DNA of 63,922 bases, the filler included, from Octopus bimaculoides (Eukaryota): the NCBI RefSeq assembly GCF_001194135.2. It is 5 parts of 5 records of this genome, joined end to end, with 100 filler letters (N's around TTAATTAATTAA, not from the genome) between each part and the next. Parts side by side here need not be neighbours in the genome. Positions count along the whole stretch, not along the records: positions 24,090 to 54,628 come from NC_069002.1; 4 more parts are not named here. One strand, 5' to 3'. Both the position numbers and the translations under genes were made by a program. Under the pieces are notes generated by a model. The model searched no databases. It was not told the DNA's origin and worked only from the letters and a program-made list of their open reading frames with translations. Shown one piece after another: positions 27,028 through 40,390 of the stretch (position 1 is the first letter of the stretch; every line of letters starts with the position of its first letter).

Positions 27028-27945
27028 GATGATGATGATGATTGTGATGAGGTTGGTGATGATGATAGTGATAATGATGATGGCAATGAAGATGATGATG
27101 AGGATGATGATAGTGAAGATGCTGATGATGATGATGATGTCGACAGAAAGTAGAAAGTCATCCAATCCCACCCGGATATGCAAGACTAATTATAATAATT
27201 TCTGAATTAATAAAACTAATTACCCAGAACATTGTTAACGGTGTTGATAATCTAGAGATGCATAGAGAAGTGGTGGTGGTGGTGATGGTCCCCATCGTCG
27301 TGGTTGTGGTAGAGTCGCTACTAAGTATAAACTTAGTAGTGGGGTGGTGGTGATGGTGGGAGTGGGGGTGATACTGATAGTGCTGGTTGTGATGGTGGTG
27401 GTGATGGTAATGGTTGCGGTGGTGCTACTGGTAAAGATGGTGCTGGCTGAGATGGCGACGGTAGTAGTGGTGATGGTGGTGTGGTGGTGGTGCCAGATGA
27501 AATGTGCTGATGTGACAGTGACCAGAACTATTATCAAACTACCAAAGGCATTAAACCCATTGACCATTCCATATATTTCAGACACAGTCTACCCTGGACT
27601 ACATTACCCAATGTGCAAGGTTTGAGTGAGATTAGGCTGCTGTTTCTAGCATGTCATGTAACCATGCCAAGGCCTCCTCTGACATGATTGATTTTGATGG
27701 CAGTGGTGGTGGTGGGGGTGATACTGGTAACGGTGGGGGTGGTAGTGTTGATGGAGATGTTGATAATCGTATGATGAAGGAGTGGGGACTGGGGTGGTAG
27801 CAGAGATGATGAAGATGATGATGGTGATGACTGCAGGTGTAGGAATGTTAGTGATGTTGATGCTGGTGATGATGGTGGTGATGATGATGATGATGGTGAT
27901 GGTGGTGGTGATGGTGATGGTAGTGATGGTGGTAGTGGTAGGAGG
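26985..27945. repeat. Degenerate (GAT)n/(GGT)n low-complexity tracts
   Basis: Seen directly; source of the spurious M/V-rich ORFs. Confidence 0.9.
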
Positions 27946-28043
27946 GGTACATTGTTCTAATGCACTCAGTAACCCCTACGTCAATGATTCTTCTTCTCTG
28001 CAGAGCAGACAGAGAAGAGTTAGCAATTATGCCATGGCTCCTT

Positions 28044-28087
<44 letters not shown>

Positions 28088-28756
28088 ATGATGTTGCTTT
28101 TATGATGTGTGTGGGGAGGGGTTATGTATCAGAATGCAAGGAGTGCGGGTTGGGGATACACGAAGGTGATCAGAGGGTACCTATTTTTGAAATTAGGCTA
28201 ACTTTGTGAAGTACAACACTAGCACCACCGCCACCACCACTACCACCACTGCTGCTGCCACCACCACCATGCCTGTCTCCTCACTTCCACACAGCACTTC
28301 TTCAGACCACCATGCCCCACCTACAGATTGGATTAGAGAGGGGAAGAAAGAGAGAGAGAGAGAGAGAGAGCAGTAGACAGAGCTATAAGAGAGAGAGAGA
28401 GAAAGACAGGGAGAAGAAGAGTAAATGGAGCAAACAGGGGTAGGGAGGGAGAGAGAGACTGAATGGCATCTTCTACTACTACTACTACCCCAACAATATG
28501 TGTGTGTATAATATAGAGTGCAGTCACCATATTTCATTCTATAATGGCTACCTCTGATGTGCACAGGGTTACATGATCGGACTGTTACCTAATGCTCTGT
28601 TGAGCCACTGGTGTGAAACCTATTGATAAGATCAGCTGTAATGGATATTTAATACTATACACTTCGATTAATATAATTAATACATATATGTATGTATATA
28701 TATATATGAGAAAATGAGATGACAAAGGAATAAACAATTATCTTATGACCTTCATT

Positions 28757-28856
28757 AGCTTACAGCTGTTTCTTCTGGGAGATGCAGTGGACACATAGCT
28801 GAGTGCCTGAGCAACACCTTATAGCTTCATCAGAGCCTTGGACTGAAACATATGTA
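28757..28856 (-). ncRNA. Degenerate hammerhead element (core and stem III intact, stem II broken)
   Basis: ggcu-CUGAUGA...GAAACAGCUGUA^-agcu on minus, with the same GAAACAGCTGTA as 26384-26395. An inverted GAAACATATGTA lies on plus at 28845-28856. Confidence 0.45.
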
Positions 28857-29482
28857 TTTTGAGTACTACACTAGGTTATTAGCCTTGCAATGCCTAAGTG
28901 AAACACACACACACACAAACACACACACATATGTATATATGTACTGGAAAATTAAGATAAACACAAGTATAAATTATTAGTTGCTACATATGTATCACCA
29001 TTGCAGATGTATGGAACTAAATATTGTATGTTCCAAGTGCAGCTGGATGCTTAACCACAACGGATCATCGAGGGAGCAATTTATCACACTTTGTTGCAGA
29101 GATCTGATATCTTAATTTTACCCCATGTATGATCTGTATATCATAACTAGTAACACTGCTAAGTACAGAGGTTGACTAAGCACTGTACTAAAAGCTGATT
29201 GGATAACGATAAGCTATGTGGAGCTCCGACTCATACAGTAGAAACCACACAGCTGACTATACGCATGCAATGTGTGCGCGTGTGAACTGTGTGGTGTGAT
29301 TTTCAACAACATAGAAACCCTGCCAAATCAGGCTGGACCCTGATGCAGTTCCCCAGCTTACCAGTTCCGGTCAAACTGTCCAACCCATGCCAGCATGAAA
29401 AGTGGACATTAAATGGTGATGATGATGGTGATGATGAGTATAACACTTGATCAGCTAAGAGATTAAAGATGTTATTTTATTG

Positions 29483-29603
<121 letters not shown>

Positions 29604-29765
29604 ATACACTGATGGACAGATAAATATATAGGCAGATATATAAACAGACAGATAAATAGAGAGAGTGGGAGGGAGGGAGACAGATAGCTAAAGTGACAGA
29701 CAGACATAGATTGACAGACAGACATAGATTGACAGACTGACAGATAAATAGACAGATAGAGATAA

Positions 29766-29808
<43 letters not shown>

Positions 29809-30239
29809 TTTAGTGATATGGAGACAAACAGATAGTCAAGCTATAAAGATAGATATAACATGGCTATATAAACAAAATGTAATTAATCTGAAGTAAATAT
29901 ATATATATACAGGGGGAGACAACCATAAACTTCCTGTCTGGTCAACCGGTGCAAAGGAAGATAGTCCTCCCCCTCCTTTCCCTCCTTTTGAACTCCCACC
30001 TTCACCTGGGGGCAACCACCCAGCCATAGACTACACTCCCCTTCATCTTTCATGTCAAGGACAACAAACAAACGATAGGGGTGGAAATGGGGGTTGACGG
30101 GGTGGGGGTGAGGTGGAATTTAAGGGAAGAAGCAGTGTGGGGTGGATTGAGGAGTGAGGTGAGTGAGGTGAGGTGAGGTGGGAGATTCAGCTGGTTTCAA
30201 TGACTATTAAGGTTCTCCACCCTTTAATATGGTCGGTAC

Positions 30240-30325
30240 CCGCCACCATCACCACAAACATCACCACTATCACAACCACTACTATTACTACTGCAGAAAC
30301 TACCACTTCTACCACCACCACCACC

Positions 30326-30357
<32 letters not shown>

Positions 30358-30690
30358 CACTACTATTACTACTGCAGAAACTACCACTTCTANNNNNNNN
30401 NNNNNNNNNNNNNNNNNNNNNNNNNNNNNNNNNNNNNNNNNNNNNNNNNNNNNNNNNNNNNNNNNNNNNNNNNNNNNNNNNNNNNNNNNNNNNNNNNNNN
30501 NNNNNNNNNNNNNNNNNNNNNNNNNNNNNNNNNNNNNNNNNNNNNNNNNNNNNNNNNNNNNNNNNNNNNNNNNNNNNNNNNNNNNNNNNNNNNNNNNNNN
30601 NNNNNNNNNNNNNNNNNNNNNNNNNNNNNNNNNNNNNNNNNNNNNNNNNNNNNNNNNNNNNNNNNNNNNNACCACTACTACTACTACTAT

Positions 30691-30725
<35 letters not shown>

Positions 30726-31130
30726 TTACTACTACTACCACCACCACCACCACCACCACATCATCATCACTACTGTAACACCACCGATACATTTCACAAC
30801 CACTACTATTATAACCACCGACACCACCACTACTACAACCACAACCACATCCACCACACTGCCTTAACCATCACTGCCACCATCACGATAAACATCACTG
30901 CTATCACAATCGCATCATCATCACTACTGCAACACCAACACCGCATTTTACAACCACCAGCACTAACACTACCGCCACATCACCATCACTACACTACCAC
31001 CATCATCACTGCAATGATCACTACCATTGCCATAACTATCACAGGCACCAACTGTCACACATGCCACTGTCATCACACCACCACTACTACATCACTAGCA
31101 CCATACCACTGCTACTACATCACTAGTTGG
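30240..31130. repeat. Degenerate (ACC)/(ACT)/(ATC)n tract with gap
   Basis: Seen directly. Confidence 0.92.
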
Positions 31131-31528
31131 CACTAAAGTATGTCACACCGACTATATGACACATTACATGATTACATGTCCTGTCATCTGGCTGACCATT
31201 GGGGCACCACTAATGACATTGCGACAAATCCTGTAATATTTATACACAAGCTCAAGGCTACAAATTTGAGAGAGTAATTAGGCAATTAAATGAATCTGGT
31301 ACTGGACGAGGACCAGTGTTTTATTTGTAACAGTTCTGAAAGAATGAAAGGAGATGGGTTTTGAATTAGGAATAAAAAGAGTCAGAACAAACACCACAAG
31401 GTATTTTCTCTGATGCTCCAATGATTTTTGCCAATCGACTGGAACAACATAGATCCCAGAAGATGAAGTGTAAAGCCAGCAACTCAGTGAAATATTTCTA
31501 GTGAGAAGGATGTAAAAATGTGACTTAC

Positions 31529-31602
31529 CGGCGATAGTGTAATCCATGTCAAACCCGAGATATTTCACTTTCTGCATGAGGAGACCCCGGTTCACAAAGA
31601 TC
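31529..31602 (-). CDS. NT5C2: NT5C2-like exon encoding (R)IFVNRGLLMQKVKYLGFDMDYTIA, HAD motif I DxDxT
   Basis: Acceptor tttctatttcAG, donor G|GTAAGT, 74 nt. The peptide matches the cN-II family signature [24 protein letters not shown]. Confidence 0.93.
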
Positions 31603-31746
31603 CTGAAATAGAAACCAAATATTTCTGTAATCACATATTACTAACCCCTACTTCTAAGGGGGTAAGCCAGCAGAATCTTTAGCTTGCTGGACTAAATGCT
31701 TAGTGGCATCTCATCCAACTCTCCATCCTGTGCTCAAATTCTATAG

Positions 31747-32026
31747 CAGTGGCTCCCAGACATTTTCAGGCTGCCACCTCCTTGACACCCTGGCCACATT
31801 CCTAGCACCCCCACCCCAACTAACCATCACAATCATAGACCTCTTCCTGAAGCAAATTCAAAGCAACTGTATTTCACAAATAAAACTTAACCTAATGAAC
31901 CCATTATTTTGTTGTTTTTACATGAATCGCTTCCCCATTATCATCCCATTTTTCTTCAAGGCCCCCTTGGAACTTTCCACGACCCGGGGGGGGGGGGGGC
32001 AATACCACCCACTTTGGAAACCACTG
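31747..32026. mobile_element. hAT-type MITE with 8-bp TSD
   Basis: Ends CAGTGGCTCCCAG...TTTGGAAACCACTG, flanked by ttctatag and ttctatat (7/8 match). Confidence 0.8.
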
Positions 32027-33124
32027 TTCTATATTGATACACCAGTCAAGTGCTTAGTTGATGGGTATATGGGTATTTTGAAAATACCTCATGGAGTGAT
32101 GACCTTGCTCTGTATAGTTACAAGCTAGCCTCTGGCAGGACAGGCTACCCTTTGGCTGCTACTCTGCCAGGGAGACGGTGAAGTTATGGGATTGCAGCAT
32201 GGTGGATTGTGAAGAGGTAACGGAAGAGCTCAGCTGAGCTCTTACATTGATGCTGAGCAGAGGAATCCAAGAAGATCAATGATCAGGATCACCAAGTTCT
32301 ATCAAGAGATACATTAAGATATCAATCCCATAAAGATGAAAGATGAAGCTGACCTCAGTAGGTTTTGAACTCAGAACATATTGAGCCAGAAGAAATACCA
32401 CAAGGCCTCTAACCATTCAGCCAGAGTCCTAATTCTGATACTAATAATAATAATAACAACCATGCAACAGCTATCTTTGCAATCTTAACACCAGAAGGAA
32501 GGATGTTTATTCATTGAATTTAATTTCCGTGGAGATCCAAAATGTGATGATCAACTTCTCTTGAGGGCCTTCTCTACCACCACAAACAGGAGAGAGAGAG
32601 AGAGAGGGGGAGAGAGATGAGGTTTTGTAAATGTGTGTACGTGCGTGCGTGGGTAGGCCTCACCTTGACAGAAGCATTACATATACATCAGAGAGCTGTA
32701 GGCAACTGAAAAGCTGTAAACAGGATGTTAGTTTCTAGCACTGAGATCCTTTACTACCTCTGGTGACCCCCACCACTGACTGACTCACTCACCACACCCC
32801 TAAAACTGTTTCTGCGTTACTCTCTCCTGCATTTCAATAAATAACTGCAGAGAGAGCCTCTACATCAATTGCTCAAACTGTTAGAAATAGTAACCGAATT
32901 TACCTCAAATCACACTATTGTTTTAGATAAGGTAAAACTACATAACATAATATAGCCCTAGATATATACGTATATTCCTAAAAAAAAAAAAAAAAGGAAA
33001 AAAGCAGAGGGAATGGTCATGGCTGGACTATCTTTGACATGAGTTTGATATGGGTTTCATAACTACAGCAGCAACAGTTATGAACCTTGTTGCTTTCTTT
33101 TAATTTTGGTTATTTCGGTATAGG

Positions 33125-33290
33125 ACAGGAATGGTTGAGTGGTTAGGGTCCTTACTTGGTCACCATGTGGTTCCAGGTTCAGTCCCATTGAATAGCACCT
33201 TGGGCAAATGTCTTCTGCAATAAATCTCAGGACTGACCGACGCATTGTGAAAGAATTTGGTAGATGAAAACTGAGCAGAAGCCCACCATA
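33125..33290 (+). mobile_element. SINE family B head, decayed
   Basis: ggttc.agtccca...caccttgggcaa.tgtcttct. Confidence 0.8.
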
Positions 33291-33379
33291 CACACTGTTT
33301 TAGATCCTGCTGTTTATAGTGCAAATAAGTTAATATCAATTGGCAGATATCAGCATTGATCAGCAAACAGTTTCTTTGT

Positions 33380-33735
33380 TCAAATTATAAACAAAGTCAG
33401 CATTTCGAAAGACATTTCTACAAAACTAGTTTTTAAACATCGAATGGCTAGGGGGGGGGGCGGTCTATACATAAAAAAATGATTGAGAACCCCTGCTTTA
33501 GATGTATGTATTGGTATGTATTGCAAGAAACAGCTCGGTTTCTTTCTCTAACATTTTACACAGTTTAACCAACACAAGTTACTGTGGAAAACAAAATAGG
33601 AATTTTGAGAGAAGTTTCTATAAAACTAGTTCTTAAACATCAAATGGCTGTGTGTGTGTGTGGGGGGGCAACAGAATAAAATAGTAATCAAAGGAGTCTA
33701 TAGATAAAAAAATGGCTGAGAACTCCTGGTCTACA
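33380..33735 (+). mobile_element. Two tandem copies of a hAT-like 3' fragment
   Basis: Repeated tttcta.aaaactagtt.ttaaacatc.aatggct...gggggc...gagaac.cctg. Confidence 0.45.
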
Positions 33736-34616
33736 CTAATACTCTCAGCTTGCTAGTTACAAGAGCTGTTCAATGCTAGGGTTGACTCGTTACATTCCCA
33801 AAATCAAGATATGCCTGTATATTACATGTGACAAGCCAGAATAATATTTCTTGTTTTTATGGCCCCCGCTATGTAGAATGTTCTAAAAGGCACATACATA
33901 ATGCATAACACATGCGCACACACATAGACATACATGCAAACATACATATACATATATATTCAATCCACTTCTGTAGTTTAGTCTAAAATTTGAGATATAT
34001 GATGATGTTCACACACACACACACACACAGCATATCATCATACAGAAAACACACCCAGGCATCAATTAGTAGAAATAACGAAGATTAATCACTGAAAGGT
34101 GAGTAAATCATGTAAATATCTTTTTACGCTAAATATCAACAAAATACATAAACAAAATAAACAACAACAAAAGTAAAACAAAAACCAGCAAAATAAAGAG
34201 GAAAACAAACCAAACAACAACAAAACAAGCAAAATGACAAAAATAAAATAAACAAAAAACAAAAACTGACAAAATAAACGAAAACAAAAATAATTGAAAA
34301 ACCAACAAAATAACAAAAAAAAGAACAACAAAATGACAGAAACAAACATGAATTATTTTTGAAGAAATTAAATCTTTTAAGTATTTTCTGTTAAAGTTAA
34401 TCAGTTTTTTTTTATTTGTTTTTTAAATACTAATAACTTTGGAAATGAAGTGGGTACATTTAGTATGTCAGAAAATTAGTATTTTTACATGATAGAGAGA
34501 CAAGTTGTTGTTGTTGTTGTTGTTTAGCCATGGGTCAACCTTATCCAGCAGACCTATAAATCAAAAGCATTCCAGCCTTTTCTTTTTTCAGGTATAGTGT
34601 GTTGTTGTTGTTGTTG

Positions 34617-34680
<64 letters not shown>

Positions 34681-35039
34681 TATTATAATTATTATTATTA
34701 TTATTATTATCATTATTATTATTATTATTTTATGTTTGACTTTTGTTTTGCATTTGTACAAGTTGGATCCAAGTCTCACCCAGAGACCTCAAGAGACAAC
34801 AAGTTAGAAGTTCATGTAGGTGTTATGCCTAGGGTACCATATATTTGNNNNNNNNNNNNNNNNNNNNNNNNNNNNNNNNNNNNNNNNNNNNNNNNNNNNN
34901 NNNNNNNNNNNNNNNNNNNNNNNNNNNNNNNNNNNNNNNNNNNNNNNNNNNNNNNNNNNNNNNNNNNNNNNNNNNNNNNNNNNNNNNNNNNNNNNNNNNN
35001 NNNNNNNNNNNNNNNNNNNNNNNNNNATTATTATTATTA

Positions 35040-35074
<35 letters not shown>

Positions 35075-35084
35075 GTTGTTGTTA

Positions 35085-35285
35085 GGGCAGTGAGCTGGCA
35101 GACTTGTTAGCATGCTGGACAAAATGCTTAGCGGTTCTGGGTTCAAATTCCACTGAGGTCTACTTTACCTTCCATTCTTTCAGGGTCAATAAAATAAGTA
35201 CCAGTTGATCCCTGGGGTTGATGTAATCGACTCATCCCCTTCCGCCAAAATTGCTGCCCTTCTGGCAAAATTTTAAACCATTATT
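35085..35285 (+). mobile_element. SINE family A, CpG-decayed
   Basis: Consensus with cacgccgg>catgctgg and ccgagg>ctgagg. Confidence 0.88.
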
Positions 35286-35466
35286 ATTATTATTATTATT
35301 ATGATTATTATTATTATTATTATTATTATAATTATAATTATTATTATTATTCATATACACACTATGGATTAGACTGTGGAAAAGAAACAATCATAACATT
35401 GGGCCACAACAAGTAACCTTAGATGCCAAGAACCCTCCTAAGTATCATTATCATTATTATTATTAT

Positions 35467-35700
35467 TGGAGGCGTGTGGCTTAGTGGTTAGGGTGCCGGT
35501 GCCATGATCGTAAGATTGTGGTTTCGATTCCTGGACCGGGCGACGTGTTATGTTCTTGAGCAAAACACTTCATTTCACATTGCTCCAGTCCACTCAGCTG
35601 GCAAAAATGAGTAACGCTGCGATAGACTGGGGAACGCATACGCCATTGAAACTGGGAAACCGGGCCCATGATACTGGCTAGGCTTTAAAAGGGCGCATTT
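35467..35700 (+). mobile_element. SINE family C
   Basis: A box tggcttagtgg, B box gtttcgattcc, CORE-like segment. Confidence 0.85.
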
Positions 35701-35999
35701 ATTTATTTTTTATTATTATTATTATCATCAAAATTAAGCTAAAGTGATCAGACAAAGCAACCTACTAAACTACATAATGAGTGAGTAGCATACAGTGAAA
35801 TGACTGGCTTCGTTTGTCGTTACTAAAACCAATTAGCAGAAATAACAGTAATTTAATGTTGATAGCTAAAGTTATTATAGCCAAACTATCACATCGTCCA
35901 CTGGACAACAGACAAATCAATGACCTGCTAGAAATAACGATTGAATTGCTCTCAAATCATGCCATAGCATCTCAAAAAATATTTATGAATGAAAGAATA

Positions 36000-36105
36000 T
36001 AGGTGTAGATGTGGACATGAGGGTAAGAAGCTTGCTTCTCAACCATGAGGTTTTGGGTTCTGTCCCACTGTCTGGCAGCTTAGGCAAGTGCCTTCTATTA
36101 TAGAC
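36000..36105 (+). mobile_element. SINE family B head, decayed
   Basis: ggtaagaagcttgcttctcaacc...ggcaagtgccttct. Confidence 0.75.
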
Positions 36106-37859
36106 TTGCATATATATACATGCATATATATACATACATACACACACACATACACATGTGTAATAATATATATGCTCACACACACACATGCACACACACA
36201 CACACACACTCACTCGCACACATGTGCCATACCAAAACCAATTATTCTAATTGGCCTGCATATGGTTGAATTTATTATTACTATTATTATTATCGTCATC
36301 GTCGTCACATCGTTATCATTGTCATCATCATCATTGTCATCATCATCATCATAAACAGCAGGAACAGGAATAGCAGTCCCCGACCTAGACAGACGTGTGG
36401 GGGGGGGCAGATCCTTCGTTCATAATCAGTGTGCCACCCCACTCCTCCTACCCTACCCACACACCCTGTCTCTGATGAAAACCAAAACTCAAGCTGTTCT
36501 ACCAATATGTGACAGGAGGAGGTCAGTCGGATTTGAACCAAGATTCCTGTGTTTGGCGGCGGTGAGGCGGGGCAGGGAGGGGTGGGCGNNNNNNNNNNTT
36601 TGAACCAAGATTCCTGTGTTTGGCGGTGGTGAGGCGGGGCAGGGAGGGGTGGGCGCCAATTAATAAATTGGAATATTAAATCCCAAATGGAATCGTTTAG
36701 AAAAATAACAGTTATAGGTTGTTTGTTTTTTTGATTTTTTTACTTTAATTTTGTATGTTTGCGTACGTGCATAAATGTGTGTGTAGGTGTATATATGGTG
36801 TGTGTGTGTGTGTGTGTCTGTGTGTGTAGGGGTGAGGTGAATGGGGGGACTTCATGTGTTTATTTCGTTTTGTTTATGGGTGGATGGTAGATTGATGGGA
36901 GATTATGCATACATACATCCATACATATATATATATACATGTGTATATGTACATATATATATATGTATATATATATATACACACACACACACACATATAT
37001 ATACATACATATATATATACATGTATATATACAGAGAGAAAGAGAGAGGGAGACGTACATATATACAGATATATACATATAAACACACACACACATATAC
37101 TTATGCTAGACAGACAGACAGACATGCCTATTAANNNNNNNNNNCACATACAAACTATACACACATGTGCAACACAACACATGTATATACACACATAAAC
37201 CAACTAAAGACTCTTGTCCATGTGGTTTGACTAGCTAGAAATAGCAGCCTAACCTCCTTGAAACCACACTATTGTCTTAAGCAAAGGAAAACACATTAGA
37301 AAACGTAACTCTCGATACACTACGACTGACAGTATGTTGGGATGGTCATTGCTGGAACACACAGTTTGCCTGATAATGGTTGACCTTGGGCTAAATAACA
37401 ATATACACACACACACACACACACACTCAAGTAAACATACACAAAAACTACTACTACTACTGCCACCACCACGACCATCATTTTTACTACTACTACTACT
37501 ACTACTACTACTACAAGCGTTATTGTGACTTGAGTTACCAGGATGTCATGATCCGAATGTCTTGTAGAATTAAAAGCAGTGACCCAGTTTCAATTCCAAG
37601 CTTCAGTTAGTTTACTAATAAAAACCCTTGGGTAATGTATGACCATCACAATTTTACACACACCACTCCACTCATGCCCTACACTCCCTCACAGACTGAC
37701 ACTTGATTATTAACAAAAAAAAAAATCCAACAAAAAACGAAAAAAAAAAAAATCTTTATCATTATGAGGTTTGATATAATTGGCTGCTCCCCCCCACCAC
37801 CACCACCACAAAATTTGTGGGCTCTTGTTAGAAATTATAATTATTATTATTATTATAAA

Positions 37860-38335
37860 AGGTGGCAAGCTGTCAGAATCGTTAGCACGCCAGGCAAAAT
37901 GCTTAGCGGTATTTTATCCGTCGTTACGTTCTGAGTTCAAATTTCACTAACGTCTACTTTGCCTTTCATTCTTTCAGGGGTCGATAAATTAAGTACCAGT
38001 GAAAAACTGGGGTTGATATCATTGAATAGTCCCCTCTCCCAAAATTTCAGGCCTTGTGCCTTTTGTAAAAGGATTATCATTATTATTATTATTATTATTA
38101 TTACTATTATTATTATTATTATTATCATCAAGGGCATTGAGCTGACAGAACCATTAGCATGTCGGGTGAAAGTCTTAGTGGCATTTCATGTTCGAAACTT
38201 GCCAAGGTCGAATTTGTCTTTCATCCTTTCAGGGGTCGATAAATTAAGTACCAGTTGAATACTGAGGTTGATGTAATTGACTTACCCCTTTCCCTGAACT
38301 TACTGGCCTTGTGCCAAAATTCAAAACCTTAATTA
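37860..38335 (+). mobile_element. Two tandem SINE A copies separated by (ATT)n
   Basis: Heads at 37860 and 38131. Confidence 0.88.
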
Positions 38336-38388
38336 TTATTAATTGTGTGTGCATGTTTGCTTGTGTGTGTCTCATGGTTTTTAGAAGC

Positions 38389-38506
38389 AGTGTGGCCTTC
38401 CCCTTGGCCCCAACCTCTCACCCCAATTTTGAATTTAGCTCACAGACTCCCAGTGGTACCTTTGCGGACCATCAGGGGTCCGTGGACCCCAGGGTAGGAA
38501 CCACTG
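38389..38506. mobile_element. Truncated hAT-type MITE
   Basis: Ends ggggtccgtggaccccagggtaggaaccactg, similar to the 32026 end. Confidence 0.5.
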
Positions 38507-38566
38507 TATTAGGCTAAGACATTGTATCCCTTACAGAAATAGAAAGAAGTTTTATCTAAGACGAAC

Positions 38567-38688
38567 CTTTTGTCTGGATCTCTTTTGTAGACTTTATTCT
38601 GAACTGGATTTTTTAACTCCGAGTAGGTCTGGTTTGAAACCTTATTGTCGTTATTCTTCAAAGGCATCTTAGCAAATCTGTCTTGGTG
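38567..38688 (-). CDS. NT5C2: NT5C2-like cytosolic purine 5'-nucleotidase, first recognisable coding exon (21 nt in-frame leader + MPLKNNDNKVSNQTYSELKNPVQNKVYKRDPDKR, ATG at 38667)
   Basis: Acceptor ttcttttaatccacAG and donor AG|GTTCGT. ATG to donor is 101 nt, phase 2, which splices in frame to 31602 (AG+G=Arg). The C-terminal YKRDPDKR aligns with human YRREAYHR, and both give 34 aa to the same junction (human sequence from memory). Confidence 0.8.
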
Positions 38689-39739
38689 CTGTGGATTAAA
38701 AGAATCATGAAAAGTAAGTCTTATTACACCATCATCATCATCATCAACAACCACCACCACCATAACCAATTAACATCATCAGCATTGCTAACACTACCAC
38801 TACCACCATCATAGCAATCACAACTACTGCCATCATCATCAACATTATCACTGCCATCACCAACATTATCATCATGGTAACCACCATTATCCTCACAACA
38901 ATTTCTATCGTCATGATCACCATTATTATCAACATCTCTTCTGTCATCCTCATCACCACAGCTATTATCATTATCATAATCTTCTTAAGCCTGATACCTA
39001 TTTCTTCCAGTCTCTTTTGTGAAATTAAGTTACAAGGGACATAAACAAACCAACATCTATTTAGGGAGATACTTAAACCAGTAGATAAGAATATGTGTGT
39101 GTGTATGTGTGTGTGTGTAAATATAGATATAGATATTACATATATAAATATATATAGATAGACAAAAAGACACACACACACACATATACAAACACACACA
39201 CACATACATAAAAACACACAAACATGGACAGGCAGACACATGAACCTTGTTAAATTATAAGGCACCAAAAGAGAATGGCTCTCCCCAGACAAAACAGAAA
39301 GACAGATAAATAGAAGGAGAATGGGGTGACAAATAGACAGGCAGACAGACAGAGTGACTGACAGACAGACAGACAGACAGGTAATGATAGAGCCATCACC
39401 ATAAGTACATGTCAACTTTCCAGTTGAGTAGAGATGCCAGTTCAATGGAACTGGAGCAGGTGGGTTAGGGGTGGGGGTGGAGGAGGTGGAGGAACAGTAG
39501 CAACCTCCCTCCCACTCTCCCTCATACTCTCTGTACCTCCTCCAGGCAACCACGCGTGCGCGTGGTTGCCTGCATATTTGACCTCTTCACACGACAATAT
39601 AAATGATAAGTGTATATTGATTCACATATAAACAAAGATAACGAAGACATCTAATCAATAACCAATAATTAGTATGTCAGAGAATGACCTTTATACATTC
39701 ATATCAATACACACACACACGCAAGCATATATGTGTGAA

Positions 39740-39930
39740 TCTTTCATCTTTCACTTGTTCCAGTCATTGAACTGCGACCATGCTGGAGCACCGCCTCCAA
39801 GAGTTTAGTTGAACAAATCGACCCCAGTAATGATATATGGATATTATTCATCTCTTCTGTTGAATTGTCAATTTACGAGGGACATAAACAAACCGACACG
39901 ACACCAGTTGTCAAGTGATGGTGGGAAACA
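39740..39930 (-). mobile_element. SINE family B 3' part
   Basis: Consensus match. Confidence 0.8.
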
Positions 39931-39948
39931 AACATAAACACACACGTA

Positions 39949-39995
<47 letters not shown>

Positions 39996-40072
39996 GATTG
40001 GAGTCTGGTGCAGCCTTCCAGCGTGCCAGCCCAATCAAACCGTCCAACCCATGCCAGCATGGACAACAAATT

Positions 40073-40103
<31 letters not shown>

Positions 40104-40204
40104 GACACACACACATACATGTAAACACATACCTTTACATAAACATGTGCACATGTATGCCCAACTACCAATGAAGAGGTTTCTATGTACTTCCTCCGAG
40201 TGTA

Positions 40205-40390
40205 TGAAATGGCAGCCAAATCTCTCGTGAATCACCACATTCTGGCATCTTGGAAAAGAAGGACACATTGGATATTGTGGCTTTGGGTGTATTGTTGGTG
40301 GGAAAGGGATCGGATGGTCATGGCTGGAATGCCTTTTGGGGCATAGATCTGTTCGATCAGGTCTGACCTAGGGCTAAACAACCTCAACAG
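40205..40390 (+). mobile_element. Interspersed repeat family G; other copies at about 16165-16330(-), 32860-33075(+), 34505-34590(-), 37215-37410(+), 42070-42250(-), 45415-45660(-), 47590-47720(+), 53115-53180(-)
   Basis: Shared gaaatagcagccaaatct...gatggtcatggctggaatg...ggctaaacaac. Confidence 0.75.

Noticed and set aside
35467-35545. tRNA genes (also other SINE heads)
   Set aside because: A and B boxes are present, but they run into SINE bodies and lack a complete cloverleaf.
36530-36657. Apparent 57-bp tandem duplication
   Set aside because: The copies flank a 10-N gap and differ by one C/T, which fits a contig overlap or haplotype artefact.
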